Assembly (NCBI GenBank): GCA_964036045.1
Contig: OZ038379.1
Location: forward strand, 7,998,001-8,062,000
Reading direction: 5' to 3'
Source of the DNA: Eutreptiella sp. 'Long Island Sound 2002'
Lineage: Eukaryota; Protista; Euglenida
DNA length: 64,000 nt
Every line of letters begins with the position of its first letter. Within the stretch, counting starts at the first letter, position 1. Below are positions 1 through 12,400 of the stretch, in pieces. The position numbers were made by a program, and so were the translations under genes. The notes beneath the pieces are model-generated. The model ran no database searches and was not told the origin of the DNA. It saw nothing but the letters and a program-made list of their open reading frames with translations.

Positions 1-1531
1 CCATGTGGGAGTCATTCTCTCTCTCAAGAGCTAGCTCAATCAGGAGGTCCACCAGTTCATCGTACGAGTGGGTCCTACTCTTCCTCTCAGAGGTAGAGCG
101 GCAATCATCCCACGTACGTTGCGGGATCTTACTCATGAGCCACAGGTGGGGCTCAGTGGCTCCGTAGGAGCCCACGTTCATCCGCGAAAACAGATACTCC
201 AAGTCGCACACGTATTCAGAGATTCGCGCAGCGGAAGGAAACCCAGGGAGCATAGGTAGCTCCTCTATCTGTGTGCGCACACTGAGGTCAGTCTCATAGA
301 TTTGGAACGTTTTCTCCAACCTCTGGAGTACCTCTGCCCAGGTGGAACAAGTTTTCACAATCTGTTTCACCTGTTTTTGCAAAAATTTCTTTTTGCATGA
401 GCGTTTCAGCAGTGAGCATTTGGTGGCCACATCCACATGGGATTGGCCAGTCAGCAAAAGAAACTCAGCAAATTCTTCTGCCCATTCGGGCAGATTTTCG
501 GGGTCGAACTCCGGCAGTTCCAGCTGGATGTTCGCCTGGGCAATAGGTCTGCCCGTCTTCCCACCCCCCGGAGTTAGGGCAGAAGGCGATACGCCGGCAA
601 GAGGTGCCAGGGCTGACAGCCCTCTTTTCTCAGTCTCTGTCACAGGCACGTCCTGTAGTTCAGCCATGGGCACTGTCCTGGCACGGGGGTGAAAGGGGCT
701 GGGGCTGGTGACCTTAGGCAACAGCCTTGAAACCCTTGATCTCTTAAGATCTTCGGCCAGGGTACTCAGTCCGGGAGAGGGGGAGGACAACTCTGGCTTG
801 GGTAAGGGTTCTGCAATACCCAGTTTCGCCTTAATGGCCTCCGATAGGGCCGTCACATCTGGATCTTCTGATCCAGACAGAAGTTTGGCCAGCAGTTCGG
901 CCGTATGATCCAGGGCACCATAGGTTGGCCTTGGATGATGTTGTTCCTCAACTCGAGTCGGGCCCACTTCGGGAGCCCTTGGGGTTGGACAACATGCTCT
1001 TGGATACTCGGGTCTCGGTCGTCTTGGCAGGGATGCTGTCTCGGCTCTGTCGGACGGCGGGCCAGAGTGCGTGTAGGAACCTAGGTGTGTACGTGGTCTG
1101 GATCCGTGTACAGCCAATGGCTCCTCCCCATCTTCTCCACGAATGGATTTGTAGTACTCCTCATGGAGGATTTATTCATCCATTTTCTTCCTCAGCTCCT
1201 CGTATTCCTCAGGGCCTCCAATCGCTGTTGAGGATGAAGCCGGACAGGCGGATCGGGAGACTGAGGCTGCTACACGCCTGTGGAGATGATGCAGGCTGTC
1301 TCCACCGTGGGCCGCTAAGGCCTCGGTGGTAAGGGTTGTATTTTCTTCCGCCCTCCTGCGATCTGGATCTCCTTGGGACCCAGATGCGCCACTGAGATGT
1401 GGTGCTCGGTAAGGTGGTTCACTCATAGGGTGGGCCATGCTGCCCATTTGTACTTGGACAGTTCTTATGGGCCAGGTCCTGACGCTTGGCGTGGACATGA
1501 TGAACTTGTTGTTGAGCTTTGTGTGCTGCAC
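1..1531 (-). pseudogene. gag: LTR-retrotransposon Gag-like ORF (one in-frame stop, runs off left edge)
   Basis: A single minus-strand frame is open from 1531 to beyond position 1 except for a TAA at 1174-1172. The downstream part reads IQLELPEFDPENLPEWAEEFAEFLLLTG...TWAEVLQRLEKTFQIYETDLSVRTQIEELP..., a capsid-like pattern (PxFD..W..F; W..L..F). It lies just after a PBS. Confidence 0.75.
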
Positions 1532-1569
1532 TTCTTCTCAGGGTCGGTTCCAAAGGTCACAAGGGACTG

Positions 1570-1581
1570 CCTCTGCTACCA
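1570..1581 (-). promoter_or_regulatory. Primer-binding site complementary to the 3' end of initiator tRNA-Met
   Basis: The minus strand reads TGGTAGCAGAGG (plus CCTCTGCTACCA), complementary to the ...CCUCUGCUACCA 3' end of eukaryotic tRNAi-Met, about 40 nt upstream of the gag frame. Confidence 0.7.
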
Positions 1582-2300
1582 GAAAGATGTCCTTGATTAA
1601 TGCCCTAGATATTTTGATGAAACCCTGCAGGTTTTGAAGTTGAAAACCCAAACCAAAGCAGCAAGTAGAGCAAGAACAGGATGTGGATCGAATCAATGAA
1701 TGGTTTTGGAATCCAGTGTGACACAGAAGGGCTGCAGATAGACAATGCAGGTACAAACACAAAGATTCAATCACAAATGGATTATACAAAAGATTTTATA
1801 TGAAAACTGGTCTGACTCTGGCCTCCAAGATAGCATCAGGCACTTCATGTGCACTCTTTTGGGTGAAATGGTGCTGGTTAGGAATGTGGGGCATAGATGT
1901 CAGGCCAACACAGAAAATGACTTGGCCAAGCAACTGAATTCAGAAACAGTTAAAAAGTAGAACCACAATAAGTGGGAGAAACAATTGAGTATAGGGGTCT
2001 TGGGTTGGGAGACCACTAGGCTTAACCTCCAAGGCCTAAAGCATGAAATGCCTATTTTATTTCGGTATATCCTCCATGAAGGAAGGTACCTCCACTCAGT
2101 TGAGTGGTAGGGGTGAACTTCATGGGGGGCTAGGGTTACAACCCTAGTAACTTTGAGAAAGTGTACCAAAAGTTTCAAAAGAGTGATAAAAATACTTAAG
2201 TTAGTCTTAGCATCAACAAAAGGGTTTTAAGGGGGGCTTGGCCTGGATCAAGCCCTCCAAGAAAGACATGGCAGTGACTTTTTCTTACTCAGCAACTCGA
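1582..2300 (-). mobile_element. Putative LTR between the upstream pol end and the PBS (boundaries uncertain)
   Basis: Position only: a non-coding, AT-richer stretch between the chromodomain end and the PBS. No second LTR copy is in the window, so it cannot be confirmed. Confidence 0.35.
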
Positions 2301-2425
2301 CAAAGAGGCCTTATGACTTTGCAGCAACAAAAGACACTTCTCAACAAAAGATAGTGAAAAGAAGAAAAAACAGAGAGGAATGAGGGGAGGGAGGCATGAG
2401 GACTCCCACCAGAGCCACTTCATGA

Positions 2426-3363
2426 GCCCATGACGCTTACAATAGCGCTCAACCCTATCATTATTCTTGTCAATAATGTGGCACATGTCCTCCCAAGTTT
2501 TGTCCTCATGGCCCAGCCCTGAAATCCATAACCGCAGACTTGGGCTGCCACCACGAGGCTGCTCAACGTGGTGACCATGAAAATTTTCAACAATATAAGT
2601 GTCATCATTGGGTGGCCTTTGTCATTCAAAATAACAGGGGAATGAGACAATGTTCCCCTCGATGGTTGGGATGTACATTTTCCATCTGTCAGTCGCGATG
2701 ATCCTCCGAGCATGTTCTAATTGCCACAAATACCTATCCCCTGCCTCGTGACGAAGAATCTCATAAGGACCCTGCCAAATTTTCTTCATTTTGTTGCAAT
2801 TCCGCTGATCTGTCTTTGGTCTTTTCCTAACTCATGCAAGATCGCTCACTCGAAAAGGTTGCCTCCTAAACTTTTTGTACAGCTCCTCCGCAGCCTTATC
2901 ATGGAGCTGCATCTGCCCCTTTTTGACATGTTGACATTCCTCCATCTGTTTATTAAAAAGATCCTGTGTCTCCTCCGGGCCTTCACCCGGTACAGTGGGG
3001 GGCACTTACCCAAATCCCACAGGATCCCCCCCAAAAAGGAGTCGCCGAGGGGAATACCGGGCAACCATTCCCGTTACATCAATCAGTCCCCAAAGGGCCA
3101 GGGGAGGGGCGTGATACCAAGAACGTAGCCTTTGTGTCATGGCACAAAGCCATCACAACGCTTTTCACTGCCATTGGGGCGCGTCCATTAATGGATGACT
3201 TGTACGCGACAGTCATGGGGTGTTCTATCCCACTGAAGGAAAAGAGAGGCTCCATAAGCTCACTGGACAAAATGGAGGCGTTGTCGGGTCGGGTAGGGTA
3301 ACACAGTTGGCTGTAGCAACCTTCGTTGCTTTGTAACATGGGGACGGTGTGTTGTAATTTCAT
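2426..3363 (-). pseudogene. pol: Decayed Ty3/gypsy integrase core plus C-terminal chromodomain (chromovirus-like pol end)
   Basis: About 3290-3135 reads RPDNASILSSELMEPLFSFSGIEHPMTVAYKSSINGRAPMAVKSVVMAL, matching the rve pattern SDNG..F.S...GI.H..T.AY..Q.NGRAER (catalytic E lost). 2597-2426 reads YIVENFHGHHV...LWISGLGHEDKTWEDMCHII...VERY, a chromodomain pattern (YxVE..H...WxG...TWE). Stops and frameshifts lie between them. Confidence 0.7.
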
Positions 3364-5549
3364 GTCACGATGGCTTGGGAGTTTGTCCCAAAAAGACTAC
3401 TATTTGGGTGCACCATTATGACTTTTTTCCAGATAGAAAAAACCGTTGCATTTGCTTTTGACATGGGTACAAGAAAAAGATATCAAGGACTAATGTAGGT
3501 TGTGTCTTATGTTCTCTTTGTTTAACATATTGCCCCCACTAACTGATTATCAGCTCATTTGAATTGTTTTTCCACACCTGACGGCCCTTCTAATACATTT
3601 GAAATTCATCTTTGCAAATTATGAAAAGAGGGGCAACTCAAAATAGCTGGACGTCTGGGCGTCCAACGCCGAAATGGGCAAACACATATTTCACAAAATT
3701 GTTTTTCTTCTTCCTTTTTTTTGTTGAGTTGCCACCACCATTTCAGGTGTTAGAGGTTTTGAGATACGCGGCATTACACAAATCATTGTTGACACGTGGC
3801 AGTCTACAATGGATCTAGCGGTCACCTACATTGACCACCTTCTCCAAAAAGCCAAATCAAAAAAGCGATCCCAACCCTATGCCTGACAACCACACTCCAT
3901 GTGCACTTGCACGAAACAACAAGAAAAAGCTAATCCTGCATGTAGCATTGTGTTCAAACTGAACCCAAACACCCTTACATAACAAAAGCAACCAGATATG
4001 TTAATGAACACCTCTGGCAACACCCATGCAAATGATGTTCCAACCGTTACTCATAGCTGGATCAAAACAAACATCTGTTGTCATATTCCCTGTCTTCTTC
4101 TGCATGTGTCAATGTGCTTCATTGGATTGGGCGGTGCTCTTCAGATGTTCAGGAAATACCCTGCTCCTTGTCATTCCGTTACACCTTTGAAGTGTCACAA
4201 TGCACCTGGACGGAGGACTGCAGCCTCAATTTACTTCAACGCCAACAGGGGGAGACACCCACAATTAAATGCACCATGACACCCAGATCCAGCCAGCAAA
4301 CAACGCAAACTACCACAGGGGGGATATCTGATCTGTGTCAGCATTCGCGCGCAATTGTTCCCAGAAACTAACATCACCCCCCCCCCCCATCTTTGACAGC
4401 TGGGGGGCACACTGCACAAAAGAAAAGCACTAAACCGAACCACAGAACCCTCCCCCCCAGACTCCCCCCCCCTCCTAACGCCTTCATCAAAATGAGTGTT
4501 TCGGACACTTATGAAATACCATGAAAGAAACATTTCAAAATGGGCAACAGGTTTTGGACTCTATTTGAAATGACATTCCCGAAACACATTCATCTGGTTT
4601 TGGGGGCCATCCGCAATGTCCACCAATGGCAAAAAAGCCTACCCAGCGGACTTTGTGTCATCAAACATGGCCACATGATCACTGGTAGCCCTAATGTAAC
4701 TGCATACTGCTGTGTGTTTGGCGAGCCCACCTAGTGCCCCACCCCTTTCCCTGTTGCACATAAAAAGGGGCAGTTTTGCAGGCAGACTAGCCAAAATGCA
4801 CAGACCAGGGGACATTTTTGGCGGGGTGTTTGGCACTGCTCAGACACATGGCCCGTTTTGAGGGTAAGGCAAGTTTCATTGACACAACAAAAATAAGCAA
4901 GTCTGGCACAGTTGACATCCGTTGTGGGGCACTTTTCGCCGAACTGGGACGAAAAATGGTGAAGCTTGGCCCAGCCACCTACCCTCCAAGACACAGTTGG
5001 GGTGGGAAAAAATGTCGTGGGGGTGGCTAGGAGCCCCTTTCTCAACCCGGGGGAGCGCTTTGCCGAACCCACCAACCCCCTGCCCCTTCAGGGAGGCCTC
5101 TTTGGGCCAGTGCCCCTTTCAATGTACCAGCAATTTTCCACAAAAAAATTGGTGGTCACCATTTTTTAGAAAATGTATATTCCAAAAGCAAAAATGTTTG
5201 CCCAAACGGTGGAAATACTTTCTCTTGGATGTGAGGCTGAAAGAAGTGTGCAGGAGGTACTCTAGGGTAGCCCGCACCGGCCATCAGCACGCTGGACTTG
5301 TACTGGGCACATGCCAATATGTGCATATGTGGCAATCCAGGCCTGGGGCTGTTGCCAGTGAAAATGCGCAGAGTCTAGGCCATTTCGACGCGTTTTTGGG
5401 CGTTGCTCGGAGATATCGCAGAGTTACGGGGCGCATCTATCAAACCCTGCCAGCTGAGGAGGGCTGCCATCCTTGCTTCTTCTTTACCTGGTTTCAGGCA
5501 ATTTCGGCCTATTTTGCCACCAAAAAAGCCAAATCTCGACCATTTCCGC

Positions 5550-5623
5550 ATCTATCTGTCTATCTATCTGCCCATCTATCTACCTACCTATCTATCTATC
5601 CATCTATCTGTCTATCTATCTAT
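5550..5623. repeat. (ATCT)n microsatellite
   Basis: Degenerate tetranucleotide tandem repeat read directly. Confidence 0.95.
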
Positions 5624-5765
5624 GAAATGCAGTCGCTCAGCAAGCTGTTGACTCTGGATCTGGGAACGGCACATGCCCCATGGTCACGGTAGAGTGCAAA
5701 CAACCCGAAGCGCGAGGAAGAAATAGCTGTCAGGTTGTCAAAATAGCTTGCTTCTTGCTCATTAT

Positions 5766-6165
5766 TGTGCTGTACTGTGTTTTGTGGTGTTTTGTGGTGT
5801 TTTGTGGTGTGGTGTGGTGTGTTGTGTTGTGTTGTGTTGTGTTGTGTAGTGTAGTGTAGTGTTATGTTGTGTTGCGTTGTGTTGTGTGTTGCATTGTACC
5901 CTGTTGTGGTGTGGTGTGGTGTGGTGTGGTGTGGTGTGGTGTGGTGTGGTGTGGTGTGGTGTGGTGTGGTGTGGTGTGGTGTGGTGTGGTGTGGTGTGGT
6001 GTGGTGTGGTGTGGTGTGGTGTGGTGTGGTGTGGTGTGGTGTGGTGCGGTGCGGTGTGGTGCGGTGTGGTGTGGTGTGGTTTGTTGTGTTGCGCTGTGCT
6101 GGGTTGCACTGTGTTGTGTTGTGTTGTGTTGTGTTTGGTTTGTATTGTGTTGTGTTGTGTTGTGT
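5766..6165. repeat. (GTGGT)n/(GTTGT)n pentanucleotide microsatellite
   Basis: About 400-bp compound pentamer array; it explains the spurious HHTTP/VVWCG ORFs. Confidence 0.97.
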
Positions 6166-9100
6166 CGCGTTTTTTTTTGTGTTGTGGAAGCTGGAGTTGA
6201 GGGCACTGAGGTGTGACAATATATTGCAGCAGATACAAACTCATATACCGATGGATGCATCATGGCGGTGCATTTGGGCAAATGATAATTGCAGATGCTT
6301 GTGTGCAGGCTTGATTGGGCAGTGAAACACCACCCTGCGACAGGTGGTGAAGTCAATCCCTTGCACTTTGTGTGGCTCCGGAGCTGCAAGTGCATCATGC
6401 CCGAACTGGCATGTGCTCGAGCTGCATCTTGCATGGAGTGGTAAAGGTGTAGGAGTGTTGCAGGGACAAGCGCATGAAGGGCAAGGGAGCGGACAGACGG
6501 GCTGAGTAGCATAACACCAATGCGATTATGTACAAAGCTGTGAAACGTGGCGGTAGGCGAAAACGAGGATGATGGGATGATTTGGGTCTGTCCCAGGCCG
6601 CTGTAGAGGGGTAACGGCCTCGCCTGTTGCACACTACTTGGTGGGTTCCAATGGACAAAAAAAATCTATAGCCAACCAAGAACTGACCGGCGAATCTAAA
6701 GGATGGAGGACATGGGAGTGCGAAAAGAAAAGGCAATGGGTAAAAGGGGAATTGGGTTCGGCGTTGTGCATCATCCCTCGTAGACTGCCGTGCTCCGACA
6801 TGCCGCATCCCCGTCAAGTCCCGTCGGACAACCGCCAAAGGCCGTTGTCTTTGGACCGCCACACCCGATCAGTAGTGGTGGGTGAGCGATGGCGGTCGAT
6901 GGCCTGGGCTGTTGGTTGGTGGGCGGGCAACTGAATGCGGTGGACAGTCCTGGCAGTCTCACCTGAAACGACCCCAGATCGACCCCTAAAAGATCAGCCC
7001 CCTGTCCAGTGCATCTTCATGCGAGATTTGAGATGCCATTCGGGAGGGAATTGCATGCAGGCGGGCACCAGGATTGCAACCCTCGATGGTCACAATGCTG
7101 CAGCCCATCGAGTGCACCATGGGTGCACGCGACACTCCTTGGCACTGTGTTCGTCTATCAAGTGCCAGACACTTCGCGCGTGCTGAGCAGGTCTGACTGA
7201 TTACGATTAGGAGGGTCTTTACTGCTTTTTGCGGTCTCTAGATTGGCTGAAAACCAACCGCAGTTGGCGGTTATGAGTGGGGCAACGGACGCCGATGCAG
7301 CATCCTTGTGCCTACCTCCCCTGCAGCAGGCTACAGTGGCGGATAGATGTAGGTACTCTAGTAGTGGAGGCTAATTGGCAGGTAATGGGGTTCGGGCCTC
7401 GTTCTACGCGGTGTTTGCAAACTTCACCATCCCCCTGTGCAGTTGGGGTCAGACACGAGGCTTCGCGTGCCTGACTGCCCATATGTCGCCCTCCGACGTG
7501 CCCCAGGGCTGCCTGTCTTCTGCACACAGACAAGCGGTACGTCCTGCCCAGGGGGGTGAGGGGGGCACTGAGTCAAGTGGATCCCGCGGAGGGGGCCCCT
7601 TGAATCCAAAAAAAAAAAAAAAGAACCCAGAAAGCGGATGAAAGCACTCGGTCGTATTTGGGTGGTAACCGACGGTGATGCGGCGGTGCTGCGCAGGGCT
7701 TGCGGCCTGCAGCAGGACTCGCACTCATGAGCAACCTCCTCCAGGTTGGCCATCAGGTGCCCCTGCCCGCGCGAGTTCCCTTGGGCATGCCCCCCCCCCC
7801 CCCCCCAAATGCAACAGCACATGACCGGGGCCCGCCCGCTGCGTTGGTTGGGGCCGAGCGGGATCATCTACTCAAGTGTTAGGCAAAAAAGGGCTGTTTG
7901 AGGCGCGGAAAACCCTGCTTCAGGCCTGCTACCCTCCACTGCCAAAGGTTTGCAGCCTGTTTATGGGGCTGAGTGGGAGCGACGCACAGGGGGTGGGCGC
8001 AGTGCGCACAGCACTACTGGGACGCCTGTGCACAGTGCACCCCAACCTCAACCGCCGGGGAGTCCCCGGCAAGACGGAAACCCTGTCAGAGCCTTCACAC
8101 CAGCCCCATCGTACCTGTCTCCTGCGTCACTAAGCACTCGGCCTTTGCCGTGCCCCTGCCCCCTGATGCGCCCGCGCTGCCCGACTGGGCCACATGACCG
8201 CAGTGGGCACCGCAACCTCTAATGAGACCCCGGCCCCTGCATATCTAAGACCTTGATGGCATTCTGTGCAATCCAAGATTAAGCACTGCACTGCACACCG
8301 GTGCCGCAAACAGCACCAGTGAGTGCCCCCGGATGCCTCGGTGGATCAATACAAAGGGGCAGGGACCGAGGCCTGACTTCAGGATCTCGGTCCCCGCAGG
8401 GCAGGGCATCGCCAGTACATTGATCTTCTGCTGAGCGTCGTCCCCGCCATCGACTCCATGACCGTCATCTCACTCGTAGGGGCTGATTCGGACCTACGCT
8501 TGACGTCGGGTGAGAAGTTCACCGACCTTTGGACCAGTGCCTCTCCTGAACCTTTCATCTGCAGCCATAGACGTACCCACCGACCGCATCCTCGAGGTCG
8601 AGCGGCCTTCGGGTATCGTTGCGGGTCCTCCAACCGCCGTCGGTTGCTGTCCACCGGCTGTCGGTGGGCGCCCTAACCGCTGTGGCGGTCCTCGGATTCT
8701 ACTCCGCCCACACCCCTGCGTGCACTTGTGAGGGTTGTGCGCGCAGGGGAAGGGGGGGCGGGGGACCGGACGCCACGGCGCATTGCCATGGCACTCTGCA
8801 ATGCCTGGACGACGCACTGGTCGCGCTACTTCCTTCTGTGGGGGTGGACTGCCTGCGGTATGACTCGCATCGGGCGGTCCGATGTCGTCGTGGACCCCGA
8901 CTCCGTCCCCCGGACCACCCCACCCCCGGCGGCCCGGCCCGAGGCTCACCCCACTGCCCCCGCTCCACCGGCCACGCCCGCCCTCAGGCCGGGCTTGTAC
9001 TCCTGGTGCCACAGCTTCGACATGAGGTGCTGCAGCGCGGGGCTGAACCCGGCCTCCGCCTGCAGGCGGCTGGTCCACACCTGCAGCACCCACTGGGAGC

Positions 9101-9290
9101 GCTGCGGGTCTGTCGCAGAAACAGGGGCCCCGAGACTGTCCATGGCGACTGCACAGATGGGGCGGACATGGGGTGTGGCAGCGCGACAAGGTGGCCCACG
9201 ACCCGCCAGGGAAACGCCTCGTGCAGCTCGTACCCAGGGGCTCAGGAGGTACTGGGAAGTGTGCGCGCGTGCGGGGGGGGGGGGGGATTT

Positions 9291-9426
9291 GGCACAACGC
9301 CTCGGTATCTGATTGTTTGCCTTTGGCGGCGCCTATTGGCCTCTGGCCACTGCTCATTCTGACCTTCTGTGTCAACGGAGCCCCTGGATGACTTGTCCTG
9401 TTTGACTACTCCAGGGTCGGCTGTCC
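9291..9426 (+). repeat. Dispersed short repeat family (second copy 46362-46519)
   Basis: GGCACAA.GCCT.GTATCTGATTGTTTGCCTTTGGCGGCGCCTATTGGCCTCT...GACTACTCCAGGGTCGGCTGTCC occurs at both loci, each after a poly-G run. The second copy has an internal insertion of about 23 bp. Confidence 0.85.
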
Positions 9427-12400
9427 CGGAGACGGGCTGTTGCCCGTGCCGTTGACCAGGTGCATCCAGATGCACACTCCGAGTCCATGCCGGGTTTGCC
9501 GACTCCAGCACGGACTTGTGTGTGCGGGGGGGGGGGGGGGAGTACAGTTGCGCTGCGCGCACCGCAGAGGCCAGTGATCCCGGGAATGGCCGGTGTCTTT
9601 CCCGCGATTTCCCACTTCCCATTGGACCCTTTCCACTCCTGCCAGATGGCCCCTGGTTGCGCTACTACTTGCGCACGGCACCCACCCAGGCCATTGCCTA
9701 GGCCCTTAAGGGGGGGATAGTTTGGGCCCTAGCCAATCCCAGCGTATCCCCACCCACACCAGAGAATTGTTCAACAGGAAAAATGAAATTTATTGAAGTG
9801 GTCCAGAATGGGAGGCCCAATGAAAGTACCAAACTTGTTTTTCTGAACCCCCCCCCCTTTGCCGCTGAGCACTGCCTGCTCCCACTTTTTGCTCTGACTA
9901 TCCTGGGAATGGACCCTTAACCACCCCCAACACAAACACGCATAACACACTTCTCATTGTGCTCTTTACACTCTTGTCTGGTGAACCTCACTTGCCTGAA
10001 TATCCTCCCCCCGTGCCCGCCCCACCACAGGGAGGCCGCTCCCCGAATACCTCCCGGGAGACAGTCACCAAATGACGGTCACTCAGAATGGTTGGGTGGG
10101 GTGGAGATGGGGGGCACAAATCACATTGAAACACCAATAACGTTTGTGCATACCTTACCACACCTTTGTACGAGCAATGCATTCACAATTGTGCACTGTC
10201 AGGTACCAGGCCCTTACAACATGTATCACACAGGATAGCACTGCCGGGCACTGTGCTCACAGGCTCTTGCCTTCCCTGTGCTCCTTCCTTGGACTCCAGG
10301 TGTGTGTGTGTGTGTGGGAGTGGGTTGGGAGGGGAAAACAACATAAAAGAGGGAGGCCTGCATGGGTCCAGGGCCCCTAGCGGTTGCCTGAGGCGCCAGC
10401 TTACAAGACAAGTGGTGCAGTCCTGACGGCTTGTGCTCTTGTCTCTGGTGCCTGCTCGGGTCGCGGTAGGGGGCCTCGCCTGAGCCAGAACCTCCGGGGC
10501 TGGGGGGTTATGTCACCTCCGTCCCTACTCTTCCATGCCGTGCAGCGCTGGGCAACCGTCTGCGCATCCTCTTGGCTGGGGAGGGGGGTCACGTCCACCC
10601 TCCCTCGCTTGTGGGGCCGTTCCCATGTCTTAGTCGAACCAAGTGTCTACCCGGAAACCGGCTATCTAAATCGTGATAGGCGAACCGAAAAAAGTCGAGC
10701 TACAGCACCGAAATTTGAAGTAACAAAAATTTTTACCTAGCTTTCCGGTGCGTGAGACACAAAATGAAGAAAAACGTAGCCGAAAAACAATAGTCAAAAG
10801 TGGGGTATTTACTATGGGGAGGGAAGAAATGTAGTGGGAGAACATGGAAATCGAGGGTAAAGGACATAGCTGATTTGTGAGGGGTAGGGTAGAGGGGAAG
10901 ATTGAGTTAGACAAATGAAAACATTTTAAAAACCTCGTGGACACCTGACAGTCATGGACAACGCATAAACGTCACGAGCAAAACAGGCACGCAGAGCATA
11001 GGGTCAAAAGCAATAGCGACAATTTCAGATGATGTCTTTCAAATGATGCAATCTTTCTACTCGGTGATTGTGCCGAGCAGCTCAAGGAGTGCTCCGTTAA
11101 ACTAACGATCAGCCTTTCAGCAGTGAAAGACATATTACTCCGGACCAGATGCTATCGAAATTTCGATAGCACAATATACAAAGGAATCTGTCGTCGATGC
11201 CTATCGAAATCTCGATAGGATTAAAACATAAAAATCTGAAGGGATGAGGCCAATCGAAAATTCGATTGACGAGAAAAACAGCATGGGTGGCAATCGAAAC
11301 AGAGGTTCTATCGAAATTTCGATAGAAGTCAACAACACATCTCCATGAGAAATTAAAAACGGAACCTAAAAATATGACATATCCTCGGCTACTTCTTGGT
11401 GGTAGCCCGACTAGGATGAGAATCCTTGTGGGGCGAACCCTTCTTCTTGGGCTGATCCGTAGCAGCCTTCGACAACTTGGCCTGAAAATCAGCAAAAGCA
11501 AACTTCTTCTTCTCTTTTTCCTTCTGTGCTTCTTCTTTCTTACCTTTCGCCGATTCCTTTGCCGCTTCCTTTGCTGCTTCCTTCGCCGCCTTTTCGGTTT
11601 CCTTCTGCAGAGGAAGGGCGAAAGAATGCATGAAGGAAGCAAAACATCAGTGCAGATATGAGCATATAAACAGACATACTTTCTCCTGAGCAGCCGCTTT
11701 TTTCTGAGCTATACTTCGTGGCAACCAAGGAGGGGAAGATCAAGACCCTCAAGGAAGCCAAGAAGTGGCTCAACGAGCAGGAGCGGGTGGACGCTCCGCA
11801 GGTGGCTGCCAAGCGGTGGAAGTCCATCAAGCTTCATCTTCTTTCGTCAAGGCCTTGCTGACTTTCTTCTCAGTGTCCTTCGCTGCCTTCGCTTGACCCT
11901 TGACTGTGTCCTTGTCGTCGTCATCGTCGGAAGAATCTGTGACAGAACAAATAGGGAAGGAAAGGAACATGACCAATTTGATGAGATGTTTAACTTTCAA
12001 TGCATACCTTCGTCAGTGTCAGGAGCCTCAAGGGGATAACCCCGTTTCATCCGATCGAGAACAAGATCCCATGAGATCGGTGGTAGGGCCTGTACTCTTT
12101 GAAGGCCAGCTGAAACTGTAAGAAAAAACAGAAAAAATGAGTTGAGGAGTCAATTGTACTCGGGGTGGAAGGGAGGACTTGACACATACCATCATCAGCA
12201 AACTTCTTCAATTGTTCTTTGCTTGGAGCCGTTGACAAACCAAGAAGAACGGCAACGTTAACGTGAGAACGGAGACGAAGCCGGATGTTGCTCACCAGAA
12301 CGGGGGATGTAGTCTGAACGGCAACCCAGATCTCGTTAACACTTTCTTCGATAACATCCAATTTGGGTTGATGCATGATGCAGCCGAGAACCTCTGGAGG

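Noticed and set aside
2846-3064. Penelope/LINE RT motif (GIPLGDSFLGGIL)
   Set aside because: It lies between integrase-core and chromodomain remnants with no YxDD nearby; most likely an out-of-frame reading of decayed integrase.
5620-6632. Long ORFs rich in HHTTP/VVWCG (also 59030-59649)
   Set aside because: They are translations of pentanucleotide microsatellites.
7000-9200. Possible LINE-derived or genic ORFs (for example 8619-9362, 8494-9375)
   Set aside because: Only vague protein-like patches with stops and no diagnostic motif; too weak to call.
11152-11327. CRISPR-like array of palindromic repeats (also 22460-22620)
   Set aside because: Spacing is irregular, repeats are only 14-24 bp and dispersed over 12 kb including introns, there are no cas genes, and the context is a eukaryotic transposon.
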